Assembly: GCA_965235115.1 (NCBI GenBank)
Contig: OZ249443.1
Span: 10,850,001 to 10,914,000 of the forward strand
Direction of reading: 5' to 3'
Origin: Laetmonice hystrix
Taxonomy: Eukaryota
DNA: 64,000 nucleotides
A model generated the notes under the pieces. It did not search any database, was not told the origin of the DNA, and worked only from the letters and a program-made list of their open reading frames with translations. Shown in pieces: positions 1 through 36,924 of the stretch. The translations under genes were made by a program, and so were the position numbers. How positions within the stretch are numbered: position 1 is the stretch's first letter; the number at the start of each line of letters is the position of its first letter.

Positions 1-843
1 GACGTCAAGGGACGTTTGTAAACGTATCCAGACGTCAAACTGTCAGCTCTGTATTATTATTATACAGTCGGTATCTCTTGTTAACACCGCCATGACCGAC
101 TAACCAATAATTATACACCTCGTTGAGTAATACTGTCAACCCCAGAGACCGCCCCATTGTGGGGGTTGATAAATTCATGCATATAGCCACACATTTCAAG
201 CGGGTATCACATCCCCCCCCCCCCTTTAAAAAAAAACGGTATAAAGTGTAATATGGTAGCATATCTCCACGTAAGCGGTCTATGGACTGTATGCGGCAGG
301 TATTCGTGATAGGAAAGCCGTGTGGCGGCGTGCCCTTTGATGTCTGTTTGTATACCTTTGTTTGGGAAGGTGTGACCCACAGCCGTCTACTGTCTATTGT
401 AGACCTTTGTCTCCTGGTCATTCTCTGAGTGACTCTGATTTATGGCACGGGTTCCCTGTGTGTAGAGAATAGTAAAGAATGGGGTAAATTAATGCGCGTG
501 AGCTGTGGTTATTTATAGAAGGTGTATTACAAACGTAAAGCGTGGTAATTGGTTACACATCTCTCACAGCCGCGGGGAACGGCTGATATATCCATCTGTT
601 CGGTATCCCACCCTGTTAGAAGGGTACCCTCTACAAAACGAAGAGATATGAGAGATACTTCACTGGCAGCTTTTGTTTCTTGATCCCGAGCCGATGGGTT
701 ATATCCTATACTGTTATATACTGTACTGTTCAAGTAAGCCTGAGAAAAATGCCCATTTATGTATACTACTTAGGCCGAATTGCTGAGTCGCATCGACAGG
801 GGTCCTTGGGTGGTGTGCCATAGACTCTGCGCAGACGTTTAAA

Positions 844-881
844 ACCATAGAACTGTACTGGGACCAGTACAGTTCTATGGT
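844..881. repeat. 38 bp near-perfect palindrome (18 bp arms, 2 nt spacer)
   Basis: accatagaactgtactgg-ga-ccagtacagttctatggt. Confidence 0.95.
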
Positions 882-2350
882 ATAACCTAGGACTACTCGT
901 CATGCCAGGGTCATGCCGGGGTCAGGGACAACCCCTATACTGCACCGGATCACCTCGGGTGTGTACGGGGCGCCCCCAACACCCTGGGCCTCCACCGAGT
1001 CAAAGATCATCACCCTCAAACACCCCACCCTCGCTCCTCACCCCTCAGCCAGGATGGGGGCCATTGTTATACCAACCGGGCCCGATCGACCTGTGTGCGT
1101 GCTGGACTCGGGTCGGGTCGGGCGCCGGGCCGGATGACTGCTGCCGCCTGGCTGACTGGGGGCTGTCAAGGCGTTATGGGGGCAGGGAACACTCATTACA
1201 TACTAGACTTGGCAGCACCCGGTCAGCCCTTTGTAATAGAATGTCTACCATAAAAACGACACGGAAGGACAAGGGGCGTAAAGAGGCCAGGGCTGATGAT
1301 TGTGGAGGGCGGGACCTTTTTAACAAGTAGAAACAAAAAGGTTAAGAAACCCCCAAAGTTCAACACAAAGACTGATGCCATGTTCGCAGGTGGCGCTGCG
1401 AGCGACTCCTTCACACGTTAGTGACGTCGTGGGCATGCAGTGGTTGCCAGGCGACCAGGATCACGTGTCGCGAGTCGCTCCGACGTGGCGTAGTTAGTCT
1501 TTTTGGTAGCTCCTGTTTCCGTCTCGTCTTTCCACGTGCATTGTCTCGCGGCCCGAGACATAGCCAACCCCTTACTACGGTTCTGTAGGTTCGCCACTAG
1601 ATTTCTATATGTCTTTGACTAGGGGTGGAGTCTATACGCCGCTTTGAACAGAGTCATATTACAGTTGTGTAAAAGGTTTGACTTGCATGAATTCCCAAAC
1701 ACTGTGAAATATAGAAATAAATGACCCGCTCAGTCGAATGGCATATACGGCCCCCATAGACTGTATAGAAGGAGGACGGGACGCTGTATTATGGTATGAA
1801 GTACCCAGAACAATACCAACTATTTTCATAGTTTGGCTGCACTTTTTTCTTGGACAGTGGCATTCCCAGCCGGAGCCACCATATGAAAAGGAGAAAAGAG
1901 ATATGCCAGGGTTTCCTGGAGGATTATGCCTTTCAGGGTGGGAGTTGGGTAATCAACGGACGGGGGGGGGGGGGTTATGTTAAGGGTCTATAGGTTTTTG
2001 AAAAAATGCAGCCAGGTTGAGGGGGGGGGGGGACTAACTGGTTTTTTGTTGGGGGGGATGCTGCTGCCAATCTCACCATGGGTCAGCACTTTATGCTCCG
2101 AACGTAAACCCGTTCTACAGCTGCGAACTTTGGTGCAGTTTGTTTGGTGCCATTGTCTGCACGACCCATTAACATTGACAGTTAGGAAGTGATCATTCTG
2201 TCATTAGAAAGGAAACATTCTTGCCTGCCCAATTAATTCAATCACACAGAGTTTTGCCATTAGGGCGATTAGGTTTTAATTTTTGTCTATTTGTTCTTTT
2301 ATTTCTAAAAAGCTGTGTATTAAAACGACTAAATATCCATCGCTCTTCTT

Positions 2351-4367
2351 TTTTAGCCCCCACAACGGGGGGCTTATAATTCGACCTCCGTCCGTCCGTC
2401 CGTACGGCCGTCCGTCCGTCCGTCCGTCCGTATGTCCGTAGACAGCGATTTCTCAGAAGTGTATGGGTCGATTTCTTTGAAACTTCACACAAGGATCAGG
2501 GATGAACTGAGGATGATGCACGTCAAACAGATTTTTGATATCATTCAAAATGGCCGCTTGGCGGCCATTTTGGATGAAAACACATTTTGAGCAATAACTC
2601 AGCCAAAACAATCACGATTTCTTTCAAACATGGTGCAGAGATGAGGCATAATGAGGGCCAATATTCATCACAATAAAATTTCAATTCAGATCCAAAATGG
2701 CGAGATGGCGGCCATATTTGTTTCTTGACCCCGACAATGACACTGTTTTGGCTTATATCTCGAAAACGGTGCAAGATGACGCAATAGTTACTATTATTGA
2801 TAGATAGGAAGTCATATAGGACGTTTCATTTGGCGCCATTTTCGATGACCTTGAGCGACCTTGAAAGGTCAATCAAGGTCATGCATATTTTCAATAGCCT
2901 GGATCTTCAAAACAGTTAAAGATAACGACATAATCTTGCAAGAAACATTACATAATGATCCGTGACAGTCCACGGATGAGGCAGGTCAAAGATATTTTTG
3001 ACATCAGTCAAAATGGCCGCGTTGTGGCCATCTTGGATGTAAACACATTTGGAGTAATAACTCACACAAAACGATCCCGATTTCTTTCAAATTTGGCGGA
3101 CAGAAGGTGTATATGAGGGGCAATGTATATGCCAATGTATTGCCAGATCAGAGCAAATATGGCGACATGGCGGCCATATTAATATTTTACCCCCCCCATA
3201 ACACTGTTTTGGCTCATATCTCGAAAACGGTGCAAGATAAGGCAATAGTTATTATTATTGACAGATAGGAAGTCATATATGACGTTTCATTTGACGCCAT
3301 TTTCGATGACCTTGAGCGACCTTGAAAGGTCAATCAAGGTCATGCATATTTGCAATAGCCTGGATCTTCAAAACAGTTAAAGATAACGACATAATCTTGC
3401 ATAAAACATTACATCATGATCCGGGACAGTCCACGGATGAGACAGGTCAAAATGGCCACGTGGTGGCCATCTTGGATGTAAACACATTTGGAGCAATAAC
3501 TCGGACAAAACGATCCCGATTTCTTTCAAATTTGGTGGAAAGAAGGTGTATATGAGGGGCAATGTATATGCCAATGTATTGCCAGATCAGAGCAAATATG
3601 GCGACATGGCGGCCATATTAATATTTTACTCCCCCCCCCCATAACACTGTTTTGGCTCATATCTCGAAAACGGTGCAAGATAAGGCAACAGTTATTATTA
3701 TTGATAGATAGGAAGTCATATATGAAGTTTCATTTGGCGTCATTTTCCATGACCTTGAGCGACCTTGAAAGGTCAATCAAGGTCATGCATATTTTAATGG
3801 CCTGTACCTCCAAACCAGTTGAAAATAACAACATCTAATCTTGCATGAAACATTACATAATAACCAGGGACAGTCTAAGGAGGACACAGGCCAAATATAT
3901 GGCTTGGTGGCCATCTTGGATTTAAAGAAGTTCGAAGCAATAACTCTGCCATTTTCTGGATTTCGTTCTTGCTGACAGAATGCATGAGGGGCAACAAGCG
4001 TGCGAAAAGTACGTATAGTCCCCGGACCCACAGATAATTTGTCCCTACTCAGTTGGTTCACGCCAGACAACGCTATCAAACTGTACATAACTGACCTCTA
4101 AAGGTCAATCGAGGTCAAGCATATCTACAAAACACTTCATGTCGGATAACACTATCAAACTGTACATAACTGTATAGTTATTGCAGAGACATGCATCTTT
4201 ACGCCGGATAACGCCATCAAGCTGTACAACTGCATAGAACTTTACTAAGTTTACAAAGTTTCATTTGACAATATTTCCTTTGCCCTTCAAAGATCAATTG
4301 AAGTCGTGCATCGTTTTTTCAAGAATCCATAGTTCGTGGTGGGGGCTATAAGCTTCACAAGCTTGTT
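2351..4367 (+). mobile_element. DINE-1/HINE-like non-autonomous Helentron-type element with internal ~450 bp tandem repeats
   Basis: 5' tagcccccac (2354-2363) within an agccccc/gggggct hairpin; (CCGT)n microsatellite at ~2388-2430; three core repeats anchored at 2844, 3305 and 3748; 3' gtgggggcta (4339-4348) and aagctt-cac-aagctt hairpin; T-rich flanks. Confidence 0.72.
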
Positions 4368-6125
4368 TCATGTGATTTTCCCCTATTTTTAACCATGAAT
4401 TGAACGTGTTCAAACTGAGGCAATCGGCGTGGTTTCCCTTGAACAAATCCGGGTGTGGTTAACAAAGGCCACAATCTGGGAACGTTCACGTGGCGACCAC
4501 CTTCCCGATCATGGTGCCGTGTCAAATTGGATCGGTGTCTTGTTTACCCCGACCCGCCGTCCCAATCAATGCATGATAGACGAGATTTCTTACCGAGCCC
4601 TCTTGTCGACGATCATGGCAGCTTGGATCAAATGGTTAGACAGAACAGGTGAGACACACGTGTGTGGGGTTCTTGGAGTCTTGTTGTCACGAGAGGGGGT
4701 AGGTTAGGCAGTCACGTGACTGCAGATATTTATTAGGGTACCATGCAGGGCCGAAGTGTAAGCAGGTGAACTAAGGCGTATAGGGACCCAAGAATAGTGT
4801 TACTTATAATGGAATCAGATAATTATACAATACTCCATTTGTTAGTGTTGTATGGGACTACATACTTCCTCATACCTTATTTTATTTCACACAGCTGTAC
4901 ATAAATGCAAACATTTGGTATTTTGCACAGTAATTTGTAATGTTTAACAAAACAGTGAACTTTTGCGGTTAGATTGATGTAATAATGGACCAAGGGTCGG
5001 CTTTGAATGTAATAATCTCGTGAAAATACACAGACCAAGTACTCCGTCAAAATGGCCCTTGAGACTCGCTCGTTATGACGCCCGATTGGAACAACATTTG
5101 ACCAGTCAATGCACGTGACCTCTACTCTCGCTTCAATTCTCGTTGTTCCGAGAACACGCGTGAGCAAACGTGGAAATCGTTGTTCGCCGAGATAATTTGT
5201 TTGCCGTTTTCTTCCCGCCGACTCCGGTGGTAAACACCGGAAGGACAACTCCGTGATCATTTCCCGCGTTCTCGCGAGACTAAAGCATGATTCCTCATGC
5301 ACAGAACTACTACGTCAATGACAGTGTTGGTTTCTGATCGACCCACCGATTGTTACCAACCGTCTCCTTGACTGTGCCCGTCTGATTTTGGCGGGCATCA
5401 ATTCCTTCCGGTGTCGTCTGCTTCATCACGATTCACGTCACCGACGAAAATCCCGATGCTTGTAGATTGCAAGTTTGACGGCTTTAGAAAAGATTGCAAC
5501 CCGATTCGACGATGTTTGTATTTTTTCCTAAAGAAGATCAAGTGATCTTTAACCATATCATGTTTACCTCGCGTGAAAAATGAGTCCAGGCACATGTTGA
5601 GGAATATTAGCTGGTCGAAGATTGATTGTTAAAATACAAAAACCGTGACGGAAATAATGGCAGTGTTGGTGATTTGTCCGCCCTTGCTTGCATATTTCAG
5701 AAAGGCATACATTGCACGCATTGGCCTCAGATATCTCCGCAATGACCAAGTTTGTTGATATGTTTAGCCCTCAGTAGAACCTTGAATCTGATCGACATTG
5801 CGTTTCACACGACATTGGTTTTAGTAGGCACTGTCTTGATCAAGTATACTATATATTAATGTCTAAATGAAAACAAGAAAACAATAAATTTTATACTATA
5901 CACATACCAGCTTGACCTTATCCCCGGCAGTTTAAAGTCCCCTCTTATGACTTTTGATTCCAATACATTTGTATATACAACGTTTATGCTTAGTATGCAA
6001 TCATTTTTAAGGCGTGAATTTACCGCCAGGCAGGTAACAATTTAATCGTTCATTGTTACAAATGCAGTTTCACCCAAGATTGACCCAAGATGACCCCCCT
6101 CCACCAAGAACTAAATGGAAACAAA

Positions 6126-30453
<24,328 letters not shown>

Positions 30454-33345
30454 CGTATGTTGTATATTGTATGTCAGTAATTCATGTATCTGTCGGCATA
30501 CAAGCGTAATGTCTCTCTAACTTTCCCCCTGCAGCGTCCGGTAACGTTAAAGCAGACGACAGTTGGCGTGGGACGCGGTCAGTGAGGGATGACGGACAGA
30601 CTCGCTGGTTGAGACGCACGACACGTGTGGACAGGGTACTTAACTCGTTGGTCGGATCATTGACGAGTTGGATCCCAGTGTACAGACTGCGAGCGGTGGC
30701 AGGGAGTGGATCAGTGGGCCACGCCCACCGCCTGTCAATCAGACCGAGAGGTACGCACGCCGCCCACATAATGATGGCCCTATGATGCGGCCGTCCGCTC
30801 CAGTGGGGTTCCCCCGGGATTTCTCGGGGATCGGATATCACTATGGCATGGTGGAGGGTGTGGATCTGGGTATGGGCATCCTGGGTATGGGTGTGGGTGT
30901 GGGTGTGGATGTTGGGGGGGGGGGTAATGGAATAACGTGCATGTGTTTCGACGCATGTCGACGGTGGGTTGTTTGTCACACATATTTCGTGTATAGTTAT
31001 GCCATGTGGGTATGTGATAAGGGCTCAGTATATTATATACCTACATGCAACTAAAGCCCTAGACATATTATGTACGAAAAGCTCAATGAGTTGTCTTTGG
31101 AAGTCTCTGTTGAGATTGAAAAAGAAACCCGATAATTTTTCGATCTTTCTAATAGTCAAGACAGCAGTTTGATTTTTTAGGTTTGGAGGCTTGTATCTAT
31201 AGGCTACCTCCTGTGGAATGTACTAGAATGTATTAATTTTACCTTTAGATTTATTTTCATGTCTATTAGAGCCCTGTCACTGGCTCATTGTCAGCTGCTA
31301 ATTTCGGGAGGGGGCGACTGACCCTCCTTTTTAAGACATTGATGACACCCCCTTTCTTTCTCATGATTTCTCTTCACATGAGAATGTCTTGGCTATTGCG
31401 ACCCTGAATCCCCAACCAATGGCTTGCTTGAAATCCTAGATCCGCTAGTGGAATCTTTCGGCCTCTGATCTGGGTTCCATTCAACCATTCATTACGGGAA
31501 CAGCCGATCCCTGCCAGTGAAACGGCGCTTATTTCTGACGTCACTAATAGCAGACGATCAACGTTACTTCAGACGCCGGGTGGCGGCGCCACCTGCATTC
31601 TCTTAGCGGGCCTTTCGTAAGTATTCCCCGCTTTCAAAACAAATGTTTGCAGAAAGATAGCGGTAAAATTGCTTACTCTCCTTGCGGATGTGCCATATTG
31701 GTGTAAACAGACGAGATGATAAGAGATGTCAGAATGAAGGCATTTATAGACATAACTATATTTGCACAATTTCATTAATGTATCTATATAAGTGATTAAT
31801 TGACAATCATATCTCCTGAGTTCAAATCTTCCCCATCTTGGTCATCCTAACCCAGGCATGTAGCCTACATATATAATTGATACGGGAATTAGGTCCAGAG
31901 TGTCCAGAGTAATCAGTCTCTATAGTAGGTCCTGCTCAGTCAAGTCCCAGTATATTTGCAGTGATAGATATGTAACCATTTGCGTATATTATTATATATC
32001 CATTTATGTGTGAAAGACTGCACTATATAACTCCATTGATTTTCGATGACATTCGGCCCATTAGTGTGAGCATGATTGTTATATTATATGACATCCCCAG
32101 CTTTCGGATGGCAAGAAAACTGACACTGAATGAAATCAGCTTGAAATCAATGTTATGTATACAGAATAGCTGGTCTCAAGGATGTTTAACAGTAATCAGT
32201 AATGCCAGATTTGGTAGATACTCTGTGTTTTCTAGGAACAAAATATTCCTAGGTGCAGAGACTCGGAGTTTGTGATATATACTGTAAATGGTAACCCTGT
32301 TGACTGTCCAGGCACCGTGACATGCTGTCCGATGATGTCATCAGACTAACCTGACCCCCCCCCCCACACACACCGTATCTCGGGATTGCTATGGCAATGA
32401 ATGCCATCAATCAGCAGAAACCTGGACGCCAAGCTTATGAATTTCAAACGTGATTAAGTCATGTTTTGCAACGTATCGCTCTTTAAGCAGCGTCCTTGAC
32501 GAAGCTCGCCAATCGGTCCCCACGGACACCAGCTCCCGGCGAGCAGCGGCAAGCAATGGACAGCAGCCAATCATCGACTAGAAATTGACCCGTTTACTGA
32601 CTACCCTTCCATTCTATTCCCCGCTTCAAACCCACAGTTAGCCTCATGTAATTTCTCTAAGTTTAGAATCCCATCAAAGAGATATTATACAGTGTTCAAT
32701 GCTAAAAATGCCATTTTAATGACTATTTATTATAGGAGTCTGTTATCCCAGTGTTTGTGTATATTTGTGGTTTACGATGAGGTGACACTAGAAGAAAGGT
32801 TGTTAGTGGTAAATTAAGGGATTCCGGATGAGTAACGTTCATCACGATTCTGAAATGTTATCATTCCTCGGGAGACAAGCAGACGATCAAACCCGTTGTA
32901 ACCGGTCGACAATGATCAGCAGACGACAATGCGCGTTTCGGTATGATTTATCTTGGGAGAGCCATGAATGTTTAATAATCGACCACCAATTGGCCACGCG
33001 CTGCCAGTTCCTTACAAAACAACACCAATTCCGCTCACGTGTGCACCATCCAGTAATTGGTGTCCACGCCAAGCCACCGTAATTAGCAAATCGTCAAATC
33101 AGTCATAAATTACCGACGCCACCCTGAAGAGGGCGCTGTGAGCGGAACGCTGGGTGGAAGACACCCGCGTCCCATCAACTGAACGCGGTCAGCACGTGCT
33201 GGGACGTTCAGTAGGCGGGCACGTGGGGATTGCACCGGGAATGTCACAAAAGCCGTATTTTCTGACACCCCATGGCCGGGTTGGGTGACTGGTGGTCAGC
33301 TGATTGAGGAGGTTCTCTAAGAGTTATGTCCAAGCAACGTGGGGG

Positions 33346-34431
33346 GTTGGTGGCTGTAGAGTGGGGTAAATTAAGGGGGTGGGCGTGGGGGTGGACTCAG
33401 AACAACTGTCACACAGCGAAATGGATCAGAAAACGAAAATACCATTTCTATATCCGTATACACCCCGACTGATTAGTATATCATCCAGTTGAAGGAATAG
33501 GACCCGTTCCTCTAATTTCCCTCTCCTGTATTCCTCACGTGCATTATTGATCTATAATGCACCCGATTCCAATCATTGTCGTTCTTGTACTGTCTTTCCC
33601 ATATATTGTAGTCCTGTATTTCCCTATGTGTCTCTTATATCTGTTTGGATACCTCAAGAGTATCTCAAGAATCTGGACCAATTAAAGAAAGATATTTAAT
33701 TTTTCTATTATTCAAGTGACCTTACTCGTTTGTTCAGACACACTGGCGCCGTAAAATATTCAGGGGACCAAATCAGACAAGCGTGTGGAGTGGACCGAAA
33801 GACCACTGCAGGACCAATACTATATAGATCTACCATCTACCTGATGATCACATTGGACAGCTAAGTCTCCCCCTCCACTCCCAGCTTGAGAGCTGGTGGA
33901 ATCAACCCCCCCCCCCTTCCCCCCAGTTCCGGCGCCTATAATACACGATCTTAAAAGGACCCCAAACATATGCCTGTCATCCCCCCGCGTCTCTCCAGCG
34001 TTCGTGTGACCTGTCTGACGTCACGGGGTATGATGTATGGGATATCTTGGCCGGTTTACGCCGGTTTACACCCAACCCACAGCGTCCGTGGCCCGCGCCT
34101 GCGCAGTGATGAATGCCCTGTCAGCATCTGATGAAAATCTTATAAAGTTTGAGTAGCGCACGGGGATTTGGTCTCAGGGTCAGATTGCGCAATCAAGGCT
34201 GAAGTATCCGGTCTGAGGTCACTTGAACGATATTCAAATTAATGAACGACTCACTTTTTCTTTTTATAGGACACCAGGGGGATACCGGTAAATGAAAAAT
34301 CGGCTTCCAGCAATGATGTACCTAATTAAAGACCTTATAAGACCTTTCATTCCCTGATCCATTTCGCTGTGTGACAGTTGTTCTGAGACCACCCCCACCC
34401 CCTTAATTTACCCCACTCTACAGCCACCAAC
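33346..34431. repeat. Inverted repeat pair of about 80 bp (33346-33429 and 34354-34431), about 920 bp apart
   Basis: gttggtggctgtagagtggggtaaattaagg...ctcagaacaactgtcacacagcgaaatggatcag and its reverse complement, differing mainly by a small indel in the G-tract. Confidence 0.93.
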
Positions 34432-35007
34432 TCAAAAATGGTATGGAATTCCTTTAATGTTGAAATATGTATGTGTGACAGTATGGTAAATTCTTAGCTC
34501 TACTACTGGGTCGGTTATATGTGTCAAACCAAAGCCGCTGACTAGACTCAATCACGACATTGACCATTAGTTTAGAGCCAGGTGACGTACTCTCAGCGCG
34601 TCGCTCACTGGTTGCTATGGTACTGTCGTCTGCTGAACGTTCAGTGAATCGGGCGTCCACCACCAGCGGCCGTTTGGGACAACACGACACGGCGGCCAAA
34701 CGCCCTTTGCTGCCATTAAAGTAATTGGATGCCTCCAGTAATGGATTGTCTGTAATAGATGCTAATCATCAAATAAGGTCAATCAGTTGACCTAATTCAA
34801 CGGGCGATATTTGGAAAACACAATGAAACTTTGAGGGATTGACATGTTTGAGTTCTGTCGGCATTGAAACATTTAAAATAGGAAACATGTGGAAGCGTTA
34901 TGGTAAAAACAAGTGACAAAAAGCAATCAAGTTAAAGTTTCCATTTTACTCTGAAAACGAAAACGTTATAATCGTGGTCACCTGAAGTAGTCATGTACCT
35001 GAAGATT

Positions 35008-35465
35008 GTGATCATTTCCATATACTACTTACATTGGTTCATGAGACGTGATCATTACACTACTTACATTGGTTCCTGAGACGTGATCATTACACTACTT
35101 ACATTGGTTCCTGAGACGTGATCATTTCCATATACTACTTACATTGGTTCCTGAGACGTGATCATTTCCATATACTACTTACATTGGTTCCTGAGACGTG
35201 ATCATTTCCATATACTACTTACATTGGTTCCTGAGACGTGATCTACTTACATTGGTTCCTGAGACGTGATCATTACCATATACTACTTACATTGGTTCAT
35301 GAGACGTGATCATTTCCATATACTACTTACATTGGTTCCTGAGACGTGATCATTTCCATATACTACTTACATTGGTTCCTGAGACGTGATCATTTCCATA
35401 TACTACTTACACTGGTTCCTGAGACGTGATCATTTCCATATACTACTTACATTGGTTCATGAGAC
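35008..35465. repeat. 40 bp minisatellite, about 12 copies
   Basis: Unit gtgatcatttccatatactacttacattggttcctgagac, some copies shortened. Confidence 0.95.
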
Positions 35466-36924
35466 GATACTTGGGAAAGGAAGTTTATAGTTTGGCATAG
35501 ATGTTGAATGGATCTTTGAATACATGGTCGATATATTGTGATAGGAGCCAAGAGATGAGGATAACATTTGCTACAGCATCAATAATAATTTATTCTTTGA
35601 CCCCCATTGGAAACTGTGCCACTCCCTTGTTTAAACAAGTAAAGCTCCGTCTCTGTAGTAATTAGCTTCCTATGTATCTGTCCTTATAGAAACATAGAGA
35701 AAGTTAATTTCCTTTGAATAAAAGCGCCAAAGGCTTCTTTTGTTTCGGAGGGTCGTCATGATTTGTGGGGCCTGTACGCCAAGTCTGAGCACTTAACCTA
35801 GCTGATATCTCTAGGCCTTTGCCGAACACCTTTTTTTAAAACTTTTCCCCTGACAAACACGAGTAGTCGGGTGTGTGGAGCGTGAGTTGATTGGTTGAGG
35901 GCCCAGTTCCTGCACAAGTCGTCCCGGGTGTCTCCTTGGCTACTGTTACCTTGATTACTGATCGTGAATCACAGAGTCGGCGACAAATAACTACCGTGAA
36001 GATCTCCGACTTGGGCTCACTCTGCCGGGACTGGACGTAAGCTCAGGAAATCTTGACCACTTCCAAATCAGGCCCCCCATATCATGTTCAATTACCCGTG
36101 TGGCGGACCGTGATGTTGGGGGGAGACCACCAGGGGGTGGCCAGCTGCCAGGGTGGACGGTGAGGGGTGGTCACTAATCGGGTTTGGTACCCCCGACTGT
36201 ATTAACCCGATGGTGTTTCTTAATCCACGGCCGAGTGTGGGAGGCACGGCCGGAATGAAGTGGGGCAATCTTGGGACGCGCTGCCCACCAAATCAAAACG
36301 TACACTTCCGACAGCGGCCGCCAGGTTGTCGGGGCTGGCGTCTGTCCTGACGGGATACCGGAGTCTCCGACGGGACCTGCTGATTGATAGGAGGCCGGTA
36401 ATTAGCCCGTCGGCTCTGGTCACCCAGCGGATGAATATCTCCGAATCTGACGACAAACTGACCTCAAGGTCAGCCTCGATCGGCGCGAAGGTCAATGTGG
36501 ATAGATTTATACAAGCTGGTGAGGGGATGTTTGAGGGTCCTGAGATCTTCTCTGTGGACAGTTGGTGAGGGTCAGTGACCTCAACAGGTCAGTCCGGCTG
36601 TCGGTTCGGTAGGGGTATAATCTACACCCTCAGGATGTGGAAGAAACGTAATCTATGTTTGCTTTAAAACCCAACTTACATCTGGGTGTACATGGACAAC
36701 CAGAAAATCAGATGCATTATTTAACTTTTTCCTTTTTTGGTAATAGTATGAAAGATAAATAGAGAGTTTGAATGTAAGTAGGAGTGTGTCAGAGAGAGAG
36801 TGGAAAAAGGGCTGCAATCAGGCGTGCATGTTCTACTCTACGTTTGTTAATACCTTATAACCACCAGTCAGGGGCAGCGCTAGATCTGTATACTACTGAC
36901 AAATGTGGTTCAGCTATAGAACTC

